From Octopus sinensis (lineage: Eukaryota), in the NCBI RefSeq assembly GCF_006345805.1, contig NC_043014.1, positions 15,438,001 through 15,502,000 of the forward strand: a DNA stretch of 64,000 bases, given 5' to 3'. The translations under genes and the position numbers were made by a program. Positions 37,603 to 50,303 of this stretch are shown in pieces (within the stretch, counting starts at the first letter, position 1; every line of letters starts with the position of its first letter). Below the pieces are notes generated by a model. It saw only the letters and a program-made list of their open reading frames with translations, did no database searches and was not told the DNA's origin.

Positions 37603-37815
37603 TGCCTACCCTTAACGTAGTTCTCAGAGAGATTCAGTGACACAGAATGTTACAAGACTGTCCCTTTGAATTACAGGTACAACTCATTGTTTCCAGCGGA
37701 GTGGGCTGGAGCAACATGAAATAAAATAAAGGACACAACACACAGCCGGATATCGAACCTACACCATATGATCGTGAACCGAACACCATAACCACTAAGC
37801 CAGGTGCCTTCACTT
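37603..37815 (-). mobile_element. SINE family E
   Basis: tacccttaacgtagttctc...aaccactaagcc. Confidence 0.7.
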
Positions 37816-39439
37816 CCTTCATTCGAAACGTTGTATGTCTAACAGAAATCAAATTTTTACGAGATCAACTGATCCTGGAAACTGTTTGTTGGTCAAGTGG
37901 CCTCTCACATTCCCGTGTCTGGAAGCGAATTTGTTCAGTTAGAAACGAGGAGGGACATTTGAATTTCAAATACATCAACTCACTGTTCGGATTCTAATTT
38001 CATAAGTTCACTTCTAATTCTTTTGAATCTTCACACCCACTCTTTCCTATCGTTTACATAACGCACTCTTTCTTTCTGTTTCCTCGTTTGGTCTCTTCTG
38101 CAGAGAACTTTTAAATAGTTATTTCGTAACCCAATCATTTCCTAACAAAGTTTCATGTGTAGATAATATTTCAGGAAGCAGACAGCCTCATTCACTCTTT
38201 GTTAATTTTTGAATTATTCTTGTTGACTTTTAATATCTAATCCGCGATTACCATTTTTTTCGTTTTTTAACTTATATAACACTCCAGGACAAATTGAAAT
38301 ATTTTGATGCACTTTGTACATAAATTATAACAAGAAAATCAGGCTAAATGCGACATCAGTGCTCTTTCAATTACTATTTAGACATATCAGCTGGCAGCCG
38401 ATGTTTACACGAGGTGACGTGGATATTTGCTGTTGACGAAGCTAACAAGCAGAAAACTAGGTCCAGCAATTTCACCACCAATACTGGGTAATCTCTCTGC
38501 CTGCTGTTGATATTTTTCTGTGTTTTTAACACTATACGTCTATAAGAGATACTTTCTTAAGACGAATATCGTAGTTTAGAAGGCTTTCAACATATACACA
38601 CTTTAAGTATGTATACAGATCACTAATTTGAAAAGTGGTATTTATATATTTTAGCCCATAAACAAATACAATTTTAACCACAGAAAATTATTAAGTACTG
38701 ACTTATTTATTCAATAAATGTTATAAGAACATAGTTATCAAGGCATCGTATGTTGTATTTCAGTTTATATGTCCATAAGAGATGCTATCCCAAGGCAAAT
38801 ACCGCAGTAACTGATCTATTGATAGTGTGTATACATTGCGTATGATACATAGATGGCTATTTTAATTTAATACTGTCTTAGTTGCGTATACGGGATTTTT
38901 ATTCAGCCGGGCGGCTCTTCCCAACATCAGTGAATGTTTTAGTCACTTTTTCCACTAACAAAGGCGACGAATTATCGTCCAAGCATGTGGCTGGCTGCGA
39001 GTATGTACCATTGGAAAGGTCCAAATACTGGAGCGAATTTTTGTTTCTTGGTATTTGTTGCGTTTATAATAGATGCCATCTCAAGACGAATGTGACAATA
39101 ACTGGCCTATCAACATAGAGCATACATTATGTAGGACGCATAGACGGCTGTTTTAAAATTTTGCTATTTTCATGCTACCCTTAGCTACATTTCATGACAA
39201 ACATGCGGTGTCGTGTCGCATTGTTTGAAAACTGATGATTTAAGTTATCAGTTCAGTTGTTAACAACGAGACGTTAGACTACCAGATACTACTATAGCTT
39301 TGGAGCACTTGAAGGAAAAAAACTGTAGACAAAAAACAAATTTCTAGAAGCTGCAAAAGAAAATTAATGAAGGAGAATGAAAAATTAAGATATATTACTA
39401 TAATACTTATGAATTGTCACGGATTATTGAAGATGACTA

Positions 39440-39572
39440 AGTGAGTGTCGTAGATTAAGATATATGACTTGGGTAAGTGTTATAGATTATTATAAGATGA
39501 TTCGGGGAGATGTCATATATTAAGATATATGAATTGAGTGTCATACGTTAAGATATACGACTTAGAGATGTT
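39440..39572. repeat. Degenerate ~27-33-bp minisatellite
   Basis: g(a)gtgtc.ta..ttaagatata.ga units, about five copies. Confidence 0.6.
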
Positions 39573-39892
39573 GTCTGCAAAATAAAATTGGGAAAAAAAT
39601 AGAATACATGCTGGCTTCTTGTGTTCATTTCAAACAGGAAGTGTGTGTGTGAGAGAGATAGAGAAAGAGAGGGAGAGAGAGAGAGAGAGAAAGAAAGAAA
39701 GAAAGAGAGAGAGGAATTGTAATAGTTACTATGGTCAAGGCAGCACGCTAGCAAAATCGTTAGCGTGTCTAGGTGAAATGCTTAGCGGTATCTCATCCGT
39801 CATCACGCCTTCAGTTCAACTCAGCTGGCAAAAATGAATAACCCTGCGACTGACCAGTGTCCTGTCCTCCAAGGGTAGAATATATATACCAC

Positions 39893-40112
39893 AGAGGCGA
39901 GTTGGCAGAAATGTTAGCCCGCTGGACGAAATGCGTTGCGGTATTTCATGTCTTTACGTTCTGAGTTCAAATACCGCCGAGGTCAACTTTGCCTTTCATC
40001 CTTTCGAGGTTGATTAAATAAGTACCAGTTACGCACTGGGGTCGATGTAATCGACTTAATCCCTTTGTCCTTGTTTGTCTCCTCTATGTTTAGCCCCCAG
40101 TGGGCAATAAAA
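39893..40112 (+). mobile_element. SINE family B
   Basis: tRNA-like head and core. Confidence 0.85.
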
Positions 40113-40327
40113 AAAAATATATATACACCACAGAATGCGGGAAACTGGCCTTATGAATTTATAGCTTGGGGAGGGCCTTTGATCTGTTGTCTTTTCCATC
40201 AAACCCAGCATAGAACTTGTCGTTCAACCACTCCTACCCAGAACTGCAGCTCTACTGAAGTCTCCGTTCCATTCGACTCATCTTGTTATTGTTGTGACTG
40301 TCAAAACACCATGGTTAGGTCTGACGA

Positions 40328-40361
<34 letters not shown>

Positions 40362-40887
40362 TAGAGAACAAGTTTCCACACAGTTTTCATCACCCAAATC
40401 CATTCCCAAGGCATTTATCGACCAACCTGAGGCTGTTGTAGGAGATAAATCCCCAAGGTGAAGTGGGACAGAATCCAAATCCCCAGGGCTTCAAAACAAG
40501 CTCCTTTACCTCACAGCCTAGCTTAATCTGTAAATAATGTTATCTAATGTACCAACTTTTAGGATGTGGTGTGTAATTTGATAAAGAGCTGGCTGTAATT
40601 TCTAGCACGTCGAGTGACCACGTGAAGATTTTCTCCATTTTGACCCGGTCTTGATCACTGAGTTTTCCTCTCAGTCAGAAACAAAAGTTGGCTCTCAAAT
40701 GTTTGTTTATGTACATAAGATGCAAATCTAATTCAAGAGAGATAAATAGGAAATTGTATAGGAGGTTTTGTAAGAGAAAGGTAACAAAAAGATGCAACAT
40801 ACGAGTGTGTGTGTGTGTGTGTGTGTGTGTGTCTGTGTGTGTGTGTCTGTGCGTGTGTCAACAACACAACTATTCAAAATTAAGGAA

Positions 40888-41350
40888 TGGTATGATATTA
40901 TTTCTTTACTGCCCACAAGGGGCTACACACAGAGGGGACAAACAAGGACAGACAAAGAGATTAAGTCGATTATATCGACTCCAGTGCGTAACTGGTACTT
41001 ATTTAATCGACCCCGAAAGGGTGAAAGGCAAAGTTGATCTCGGCAGATTCGAACTCAGAACGTAACAGCAGACGAATTACTGCTAAGCATTTCGTCCGGC
41101 GTGCTAACGTTTCTTATTTCTTTACTGCCCACAAGGGGCTACACACAGAGGGGACAAACAAGGACAGACAAACTGATTAAGTCGATTATATCGACCCCAG
41201 GGCGTAACTGGTACTTATTTAATCGACCCCGAAAGGATGAAAGGCAAAGTCGACCTCGGCGGAATTTGAACTCAAAACGTAGTGGCAGACGAAATACCGC
41301 TAAGCATTTCGCCCGGCGTGATAACGTTTCTGCCAGCTCGCCACCTTAGG
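40888..41350 (-). mobile_element. SINE family B tandem dimer
   Basis: tatttctttactgcccacaaggggctacacacagagggg occurs at ~40900 and ~41116. Confidence 0.85.
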
Positions 41351-41444
41351 GATGGTATGATATTAGCTCCTTCTTGGCTGAAACGACACCCAATGATCAA
41401 AATTTCCTCTCTAATATGGCTGCCAAACTGATGCTCCCTACACC

Positions 41445-41498
<54 letters not shown>

Positions 41499-41736
41499 AC
41501 TTTGGGCTATGACTCAGAAACGTTTTCGCACCAAGATTAAATATATATTTAAATAGGTTTTCATATATCAAATTTAATTTATCAGGTCTTATCTTTTACT
41601 CTTTGGCAACCGGCTCTTCTCTCAAGCAACCAAACCGCTTTTTTCTCGTCCAGTCAGCCATTTTCGAACATTTCTTCGACATCTCTTAGCTCTTATACAC
41701 ACACACACGTGTGTGTGTTGTGTATATATGTTTGTG

Positions 41737-41792
<56 letters not shown>

Positions 41793-42105
41793 TCATTTCC
41801 CTCCCACAAGGTTCATATTTCATTCCCACACTACAAACACGTCTGATTTATGAATCATACATACAAGAAGCTAGCTAATTTTATTAAGGGAGAGGATTTT
41901 AATGCTGTTATTAGACAGATGTATTTATCTGGAGCTAAAGCACAGAAGACGGAAAGTTAGGTGATGAATGAAAAAATAGAATTGTTTCAACATTCAGAAC
42001 AGTCTGTGGGTGGGCAAATCAATAGAGATACCTGACGTTCAAATATGCTTTACACACGTAAACACACACGCACATATAAGTGTGTGTGTTGTGTGTGTGT
42101 GTGTT

Positions 42106-42327
42106 CAAGAGGGTGATGAGAAGTTCCTGGGTTTAAGAGTGTCGCGAAAGGCCTGGCTGGTGGCTCAATCTTTCGAGTTCTTTTACAGGGCTTAGAAAAT
42201 CTGAAGGATTACTGCAATAAATGTGTGAATCTGAGAAGGGATTATTTTGCATAAAATAATAATTAACTGATCCTCCTGTATTTTGTTTTATTTTACCCAA
42301 AGTCAAGAACTTTTAAGCACCCTTCCG
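42106..42327 (+). mobile_element. Mariner-derived deletion element (MITE)
   Basis: Inverted ends gagggtgatgagaagttcctgg and caagaacttttaagcaccct; residual C-terminus FLQGLENLKDYCNKCVNLRRDYFA*. Confidence 0.65.
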
Positions 42328-42363
<36 letters not shown>

Positions 42364-42689
42364 CCAAGTAAGTTAGGGGTTGTGGATCCAACCCTCTAAG
42401 GGATAATACTTATCTAATATACTGTTGGTATAATACCCAAATATTAATACACAAGTGTTTTTAATTGCAATGCAATAAACTCACTTATTGTATTAAATGG
42501 GCGAAGGTCCTGAAATATTTTCCCATTAATTTATATTACAAATAAGAAAATGGAGAAACACATTAGTTGGTTTATCAGCTTTAGGATATTAGAATGTTGC
42601 CTTATTTAATTATCAAAGCTACAACCATAATAACATATATATATGTATAGTATAAAATTCAATACATATAAGATAAGAATACTTTACTT

Positions 42690-42921
42690 ACTTTTTTTAC
42701 TTGTTTCAGTCATTTGACTGCGGCCATGCTGGAACACCGCCTTTAGTCGAGCAAATCGACCCCGAGACTTATTCTTTGTAAGCCCAGTACTTATTCTATC
42801 GGTCTCTTTTGCCGAACCGCTAAGTAACGGGGACGTAAACACACCAGCATCGGTTGTCAAGCAATGCTAGGGGGACAACACACACACACACACAACACAC
42901 ACACACACACACCACACACAC

Positions 42922-42955
<34 letters not shown>

Positions 42956-43128
42956 CATATATACGACAGGCTTCTTTCAGTTTCCGTCTACCAAATCCAC
43001 TCACAAGGCATTGGTCGGCCCGGGGCTATAGCAGAAGACACTTGCCCAAGATGCCACGCAGTGGGACTGATCGCGGAAGCATGTGGTTGGTAAGCAAGCT
43101 ACTTACCACACAGCTACTCCTGCGCCTA
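42690..43128 (-). mobile_element. SINE family A, near consensus
   Basis: Matches family consensus. Confidence 0.9.
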
Positions 43129-43355
43129 TATGGCCACTCCTGCGTCTATACAAGTAGTTATTATACACAATTTTTATTAAAGCTACAAAATTATCACAGA
43201 ACAGTTACTCAGAGTTTCACGTTGGAAGTTGAATGCGTAATATCTGTTCCCTTGTCATTCAATAATCAATACGGAGTGTGAGAGAGAGAGAGAGGACAGA
43301 CAGAAAAAGAGAAAAAAAGAGACACACAGAGGAAGAGAAAGAGAGAGAGAGTGTG

Positions 43356-43399
<44 letters not shown>

Positions 43400-43769
43400 G
43401 TAATATGTAATACACAAACATGTTTAAGAAAAATCTCTGATGAACGCAATGCACTAAATCTACAGCTCATAACACTTGCGCTGACGAGAGTAAACAAATA
43501 TAAACACGTCTTGTTATTCTCTTCACACAGAAAAAAAATCATTTTTGTGTATGCGCGAAGAGAATTACAAGATGTAGAGACATTTGTTTATCATACAGGC
43601 GCTCTAAAATGTACACTAATAACACCGTGTTTATAGTATATATAGTATATGCGCGCGCGCTCACCTAAGCCGTATTGGAAGTCATCTAGTGGCCTGTTTT
43701 GGAAATGTGTCAGGGAACACATCGTAGATGTACGGCGTGGTGCGTGGTACTTTAAGGGAAAACGATACT

Positions 43770-43973
43770 CTGTGTGTGTATAAGTGTGTGTGTGTATGTG
43801 TGTGTGTATGTGGTGTGTGTGTGCGTGGTGTGTGTGTGTGTGGTGTGTGTGTGTGGTGTGTGTGTGTGGTGTATGTGTGTGTGTGGTGTATGTGTGTGTG
43901 GTGTGTGGTGTGTGTGTGATGTATGTGTGTGGTGTGTGTGTGTGGTATGTGTGTGTGTGTGGTGTGTGTGTGT

Positions 43974-44011
<38 letters not shown>

Positions 44012-44035
44012 GTGTGTGTGTGTGTGTGCGCATGT
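43770..44035. repeat. (TG)n interrupted microsatellite
   Basis: Direct inspection. Confidence 0.95.
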
Positions 44036-44172
44036 ATGTGTTATAGGGATAGAATCAATATTGCGTGACGCATCCAGTTCAGTTTTCATAACACGGTGTT
44101 AGATCACTTGCCAAACAAGTCCAACTTCGAAATACATACACACAGATGTGTGTGTGTATATGAGTGTGTGTA

Positions 44173-44214
<42 letters not shown>

Positions 44215-44339
44215 AGGGGGATTAAAATATTATCCAAGCTGGAACCTCAGTAAGCACTTCTGGGAATACTGGCTAACAAAGTGTATATCCGTAGATGGTT
44301 TAATTACATTTAATTCTTTAATAACGCTCATAATTAAAG

Positions 44340-44782
44340 CAAGCTGCGAGTTGGAAGAATTATTAGGATGCTGGGCAAAAATGCTCAGCGGTATTTCGTT
44401 CTGAGTTCAAATTCCGCCAAGGTCGACTTTTGCCGTTCATCTCTTCCAGGATCAATGAAATATGTACCAGTTGATCACTGGAGTCGATGTAATCAACATA
44501 CCATCTTCTTGAAATGGCTGACCTTGTTCCAAAACTTGAAGCCAATATTACAACATATTTGTTTTTTTATTGCCCACAAGGGAGCTAAACATAGAGGGGA
44601 CAAAAAATGACAGACAAAGGGTTTAAGTCGATTAGATCGACCCAGTGTGTACCTGGTATTTATTTAATCGACCCCTCCTGAAAGGATGAAAAGCAAAGTC
44701 GATCTAGGCAGAATTTGAACTCAGACGAAATACTGCTAAGCATTTCGCCCGGCGTGCTAGCGATTCTGCCAGCTCGCCGTCC
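44340..44782. mobile_element. Tail-to-tail SINE B pair
   Basis: Plus copy 44340-44530, minus copy 44560-44782. Confidence 0.75.
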
Positions 44783-45187
44783 TAATATTACATATTAATT
44801 AATGTAAACCATGTACATTTCTTCAGACAAATTCTCAAAAGTAATACAATTTATATATATATATATCGGTGCGAGTTGCGTTACCAAAGGGATGTGGGTG
44901 GGTTTGAGTCCCACGCATACAGGAAACTGTACTTTTTTCTGTGAAGAGCTTATATGCTTCATTATTAGACTATTTTCTTTAGTCATTTGCACGGTAATCG
45001 GTATAAGTTTTAAGCTTCTAAAAAATAAATTACCATTATCATTATTTACAGGATATATACACACACACACACACACATATATATAATGCATTTTGGACTG
45101 GAGAGGATATTCTATGTGTGTATTTTCCGTTTGTTGTGTTTATACTTCTCTCACTCTATATATATATATATATATATACATATGTGA

Positions 45188-45256
<69 letters not shown>

Positions 45257-45511
45257 GAGAGAGAGAGAGGGAGAGAAAATGAGTGTAAAATATAAGATTG
45301 GTAACATACAAACACTTTGAATTTGACAGTGCATGCTATATGTAAGTAGATGTGTGTGTGTTGATTCCACTGAAGTGCATCCTATATGTTAACAGGTGAT
45401 AGCAAGAGACATGTTTCGTTCTTATAAGACCTCTTCAGTGAAGCATATTGTAATCAGTCGGCAAAATTGATGTATGTAAATAAAGATGTAGTGGCACTTG
45501 TTATTAGTATA

Positions 45512-45567
<56 letters not shown>

Positions 45568-46095
45568 GACTAGCTCAGTCTATCTAAATGTAAGTAATTT
45601 GCACAGATGTGAACAGGGTGTAGTCATAGGTATGTAACTGAGAATTTAGTATCGTAATCAAGTTTTTAGTTCGATCCCACGGTGCATTTCGTTGGCAGAA
45701 AATACTATCTACTACAGCCTAGAGCTGACCCAAAACTTGTGAATGCAATTTGCCAGACAGAAACTGTGTGGAAGATTGCTAGACTGTGCTACATTTTGGA
45801 TGGTATACATAATCCATCACTTGTTAAGTGTCATCCACTAGTCTTCTAGTATTTTTTGTGAAGTACATTCAGTTGTTGGCAGAATGTTCCCTGGTCCAGG
45901 GACAATGCAATGATTCTTTATGTAACGAACCCTGAGCTAGGGATTAATGCACCCTTTCTCTTTTTCCACCAAGAGTCATGATCTGGCTAAAGCATAGAAT
46001 TTATAAAAAAAAAAGAAAGAAAGAAAAAAAAAGCGCTGAAGATGCAGTAAACAGTGGGAGTTGAAACACATAACGAGTGTTTCGTTAATGTTCTA

Positions 46096-46642
46096 TTGGG
46101 TTGTCCGGAAAGTTCTTACCTTTCGACTTATTTTAGAACATGGTCGAGTCCATAAAATAGGATTTCACTACACCTCCATTTAGAGCACAGTTTAAGCTAT
46201 CTTTCTGTGGAAGAAGGTTTATGTTCCTATAACCTGGGTTAATTTTGTAACCCTTTAAAATGGAAGAAAGTTTATTTTTGGCACTTGATGCTTTGGGAAC
46301 CAGACAAAACTTGCTGCAGCTTGGCTGGGATGTGTTACCCCACCTTCCATATTCACCAGATATTGCTCCTTCGGATCTCCACTTATTCAGGTCTCTGCAG
46401 AATAGTCTTTATGGTAAAAATTTCAATTCCTTGGATGACGGACGTAAAAAGATACGTTGATGAATTCTTTGCCATGAAACCACCTCAATTCTGGGAAAAG
46501 GGTATTTTCAAGTCAAAGGAAAGATGGAGACGCATTGTGCAACAAAATGGTTCATATTTGGTTGATTAAAAATGTAATGGCAAGTATTCATTGACCTTTT
46601 TCTTTCCTTTAAAACTCAGCACGAACTTTCCGGACAACTCAA
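46096..46642 (+). mobile_element. Internally deleted mariner (DD34D-type) transposon with both TIRs
   Basis: TA-flanked TIRs ttgggttgtccggaaagttc and gaactttccggacaactcaa; GWDVLPHLPYSPDIAPSDLHLFRSLQNSL. Confidence 0.9.
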
Positions 46643-46674
46643 TATTTAAAAGTGAACAAAATCTAACAGGTAGG

Positions 46675-46870
46675 ACAGTGAGCGGGCAGAGTCGTTAGTA
46701 TGTTGGACAAAATGCTCAGCGCTATTTCTTCCAGCTGTTTAATTTCTGAGTTCAAATCCTGACGAGGTCAACTTTGCCCTTCATACCTTCAGAATAAATA
46801 AAATACAGTAAGTACTGGGGTCAATTTAATCGACTTCCTCTATCTCCCTTCAAAATTGCCGAGCTTGATC
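46675..46870 (+). mobile_element. SINE family B, degenerate
   Basis: Head and core. Confidence 0.65.
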
Positions 46871-46982
46871 CCTGCTACAGATCGGCGTCCCGTTCCGGGG
46901 AAATGTGATTTCAGTTATTTATTGACATGGAAACTGGTTTTATGAGTCACAGGACTCATGAAAAATAAATAAATAAATAAAC

Positions 46983-47515
46983 AGGCGCAGGCATGACTGT
47001 GAAGTAAGAGGCTTGCTTCCCAACCACATGGTTCTGGTTTCAGTCCCACTGCGTGGCACCGTGGTCAAGTGTTGCTTTGGGTGGACTAAAGCCTCTTGAG
47101 TGGATTTTGTACATGGAAACTGAAAGAAGCTCATTACATGAATGTGTGTATGCATGTGTGTGTATGTGTGTGCACAACCACTTGATAACCGGTGTTAGAG
47201 TGTTTACGTTCTCATAACTTGGTAGTTTGGCAAAAGAGATCCAATAGAATAAGTATCAGGTTTAAATAAAAGAAAATTACTGGGGTCGATTCATTCGGCT
47301 AAAAATTGTTCAAGGCAGTGCCCCAGCATGGCCGCAGTCGAATGACTGAAACACATAAAAGATATAAAAAATTATGGCGTTAGGAAGGGCATCAAGCTGT
47401 AGAAACTCTGCCAGATAAAATTGGAGCCTGGTGCAGCCATCTGGTTCGCCAGTCCTCAGTCAAATCGTCCAACCCATCCTAGCATGGAAAGCGATTGTTA
47501 AACGATGATGATGAT
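46983..47515 (+). mobile_element. SINE family A followed by family C element
   Basis: A 46983-47365; C 47375-47515 ending in gatgatgatg. Confidence 0.8.
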
Positions 47516-48015
47516 CTAAAAGATAGGGTGTGCACCTTGCTCCATCTGGCACCCTACACAACACGGCCTTCATCAAAGCCCTCAAGCGAACACTGGCTCA
47601 GTCCATTTAGACGTAAGTCGGTCACATATCATGCAAATAGTACAGATGGTTGCAGGAAGCAAGGGTAGCATGACAGAGTTAACGAGTGTTCTACGAGTTT
47701 GCAGTAATAGGTGCAAGTGCTCCTTAAAATTCCAAAGACTATCATATTTCGGTGAACAATAAAATGCTATTAACTTAACAACAAACGGAACAAAAACTAT
47801 GGTAACAGAATATTCTGTTGAAAGAAAAATGTCACAAAATAATGTGTTTGTACACATACATTGTGCAAGTAAATTCCTGACTTATACATACACTCACACA
47901 TATATATATACATATACGCATATACATATACACGCGCTTTCAAACTACTGAACTGCACTTCACCTGAGAGGTTCAACCGACTGCTTATATACACACACGT
48001 GTGTGTGTGTAGATG

Positions 48016-48572
48016 TAGGCGTGGCTGTGTGATAAGAAGTCTACTTCCCAATCACACGGTTCCGGGTTCAGTCCCACTGCGTGGCACCTTGGGCAAGTGT
48101 CTTCTACTATAGCCTCGGATAGACCAAAGCCTTGTGAGTGTATTTGGCAACCGGAAACTGAAAGAAGCCCGTCGCATATATATAATATATATATATATAT
48201 ATTCAAGCCTAGCCAGGCTCATGGGCCCGGTTTCCCAGTTTCTGTGGCATATGTGTTCCCCCTAGCTGGATGGGATGCCAGTCCATCGCAGATATATATA
48301 TAATATGTGTGTATGTATTTATATATATATGTATGTATGTGTGTGTATGAGTGTGTATGTATGCATATCCCTCCCCACACCGCTTGATAATCGGTGTTTG
48401 TGAGTTTACATTCCCCTGACTTAGCGGTCCAGCGAAAGAGACCGGGAGAATACGTACTAGTCTTAATGAAAAATAAGTACTGGTGCCAATTCATTCGACT
48501 AAAATTCTTCAAGGCTGTGCTCCAGTATGGCCGCAGCCCTTTGATGAAGCAAATGGAAAATAAAAGGTAAAA
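48016..48572 (+). mobile_element. SINE family A with a family F fragment nested in its (TA)n
   Basis: F fragment 48200-48292 in reverse. Confidence 0.75.
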
Positions 48573-48594
48573 GATATATGTCAGTGGCATCCCC

Positions 48595-48785
48595 AGACTG
48601 AAATTTGGGGCGAGTGGCTAAGTTGATTACACCAGCCCCAGTGTTCTACTGGTACTTAATTAATCGACCCCGAAAGGATGAAAGACAAAGTTGATCTCGG
48701 CAAAATTTGAACTCAGAGCGTAAAGACGGACGAAATACAGCTAAGCATTTTACCCTGCGTGCTAACGATTCTGCCAGCTCGTCAT
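48595..48785 (-). mobile_element. SINE family B
   Basis: Core and head. Confidence 0.75.
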
Positions 48786-48810
48786 CTTTCCTGTTTAATA
48801 ATAATGATAA

Positions 48811-49305
48811 CTAGCGAGACCTGTGAACATTTCACGGAATTAATAGTAAATTTATTGGGTTATTTCTTGAAAACTTTATCCCAAAACCTGAAATGTAGCC
48901 TGTGTTGTGTCTATGGAAAGGTAGTCACTCATCTGTTAATCATTGAAAAGTTAAGGAAATTGGAACATGATGATTACTTAATGCATTTTATAGACTTAAC
49001 ACACAACACTCTCCCTCTTTCTCTCTCTCACTCTTCGCCTTACCCTCTTTTTCTCTCTCCTTTTTCTTTCGCTCTTCGCCTTTGCCCTCAACTAATCATG
49101 TGAAAGCGTTACAGATGGGCTAAGTAACAGAGAAAAAAAACTTCGTGAAAAAATTACACATTTTCCTCACCACCACCTCTCCTTCCCCACCTCTTCCCTC
49201 TGCCCCCTCCCGCTTCTCCTCTCTCCACCTTCCCCCTTCAACTAATCACGTGGAAACGTTACGGACGGGCTAAGTAACGAAGGAACGTGCAGAATTATTA
49301 TAAGA
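48811..49305 (-). mobile_element. Non-autonomous Helitron
   Basis: Minus strand begins TCTTATAATAA and ends with hairpin ccgtgaa-atg-ttcacagg then tctcgCTAG; inserted between A and T with no TSD. Confidence 0.75.
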
Positions 49306-49584
49306 TAATTCTTTCAGTTACAGGCATAAAGCCTGAAATTTTGCGGAAGGGGACTAGTTGATTATACCAACCCCAGTGCATAACTGGTACTTATTTCAGT
49401 GACCATGAAAGGATGAAAGGCAAAGTCAACCTCGGCGGAATTTGAACTCAGAACGTGACGACAGACGAAATATCTATTTCTTTACTATCCACAAGGGGCT
49501 AAACAAAGAGAGGACAGACAAGGACAGACAAACGGATTAAGTCGATTATATCGACCCCAGTGCATAACTGGTACTTATTTAATC

Positions 49585-49585
<1 letters not shown>
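49306..49585 (-). mobile_element. SINE family B with duplicated 3' part
   Basis: cccagtgcataactggtacttattt occurs twice. Confidence 0.75.
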
Positions 49586-49644
<59 letters not shown>

Positions 49645-49650
49645 TTATAT

Positions 49651-50228
49651 ATGAGGATAATATCGATATTTAAGTGTCGAAATTATTAAGTGGCCAGCAT
49701 GAAAGAAATACCTTACAAAGGTAAAAAAATTTTTAACAATTAAAAATGAGGGTGTCTAAAAGACACCAACATGCCGAAATAGCAGTCGAAACACTGACTA
49801 TAGTACCACGTTAAATGTTCATATCGCACCATGAGGTAAAGCGGAGGGACAAAACATACAAGCAAAAATTATTGAATAATTCAAGATCCAAGGATTTCTG
49901 GTTCTGCTTTAGATAAGGTTTACCGTCATCAATTGAATATATCAAGGGTACATAAATACAGATATATATATGCACAGCAAACGATATACTTATGTAAGTA
50001 TATATATCTGTATTTATGTACCCTTGATATATTCAATTGATGACGGTAAAGCTTATCTAAAGCAGAACCAGAAATCCTTGGATCTTGAATTATTCAATAA
50101 TTTTTGCTTGTATGTTTTGTCCCTCCGCTTTACCTCATGGTGCGATATGAACATTTAACGTGGTACTATAGTCAGTGTTTCGACTGCTATTTCGGCATGT
50201 TGGTGTCTTTTAGACACCCTCATTTTTA

Positions 50229-50231
<3 letters not shown>
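49651..50231. mobile_element. (TA)n-embedded element with 233-bp near-perfect fold-back
   Basis: Arms 49738-49970 and 49999-50231, one mismatch seen (49918/50051), 28-bp spacer. Confidence 0.85.

Positions 50232-50300
<69 letters not shown>

Positions 50301-50303
<3 letters not shown>

Noticed and set aside
38890-39060. Minus-strand 55-aa open frame containing LQYLDL
   Set aside because: A short motif resemblance only, bounded by stops and without a convincing acceptor or start.
43620-44101. 12-bp inverted ends taacaccgtgtt around a (TG)n block
   Set aside because: The motif is short and self-palindromic, with no TSD or second copy to support a transposon call.
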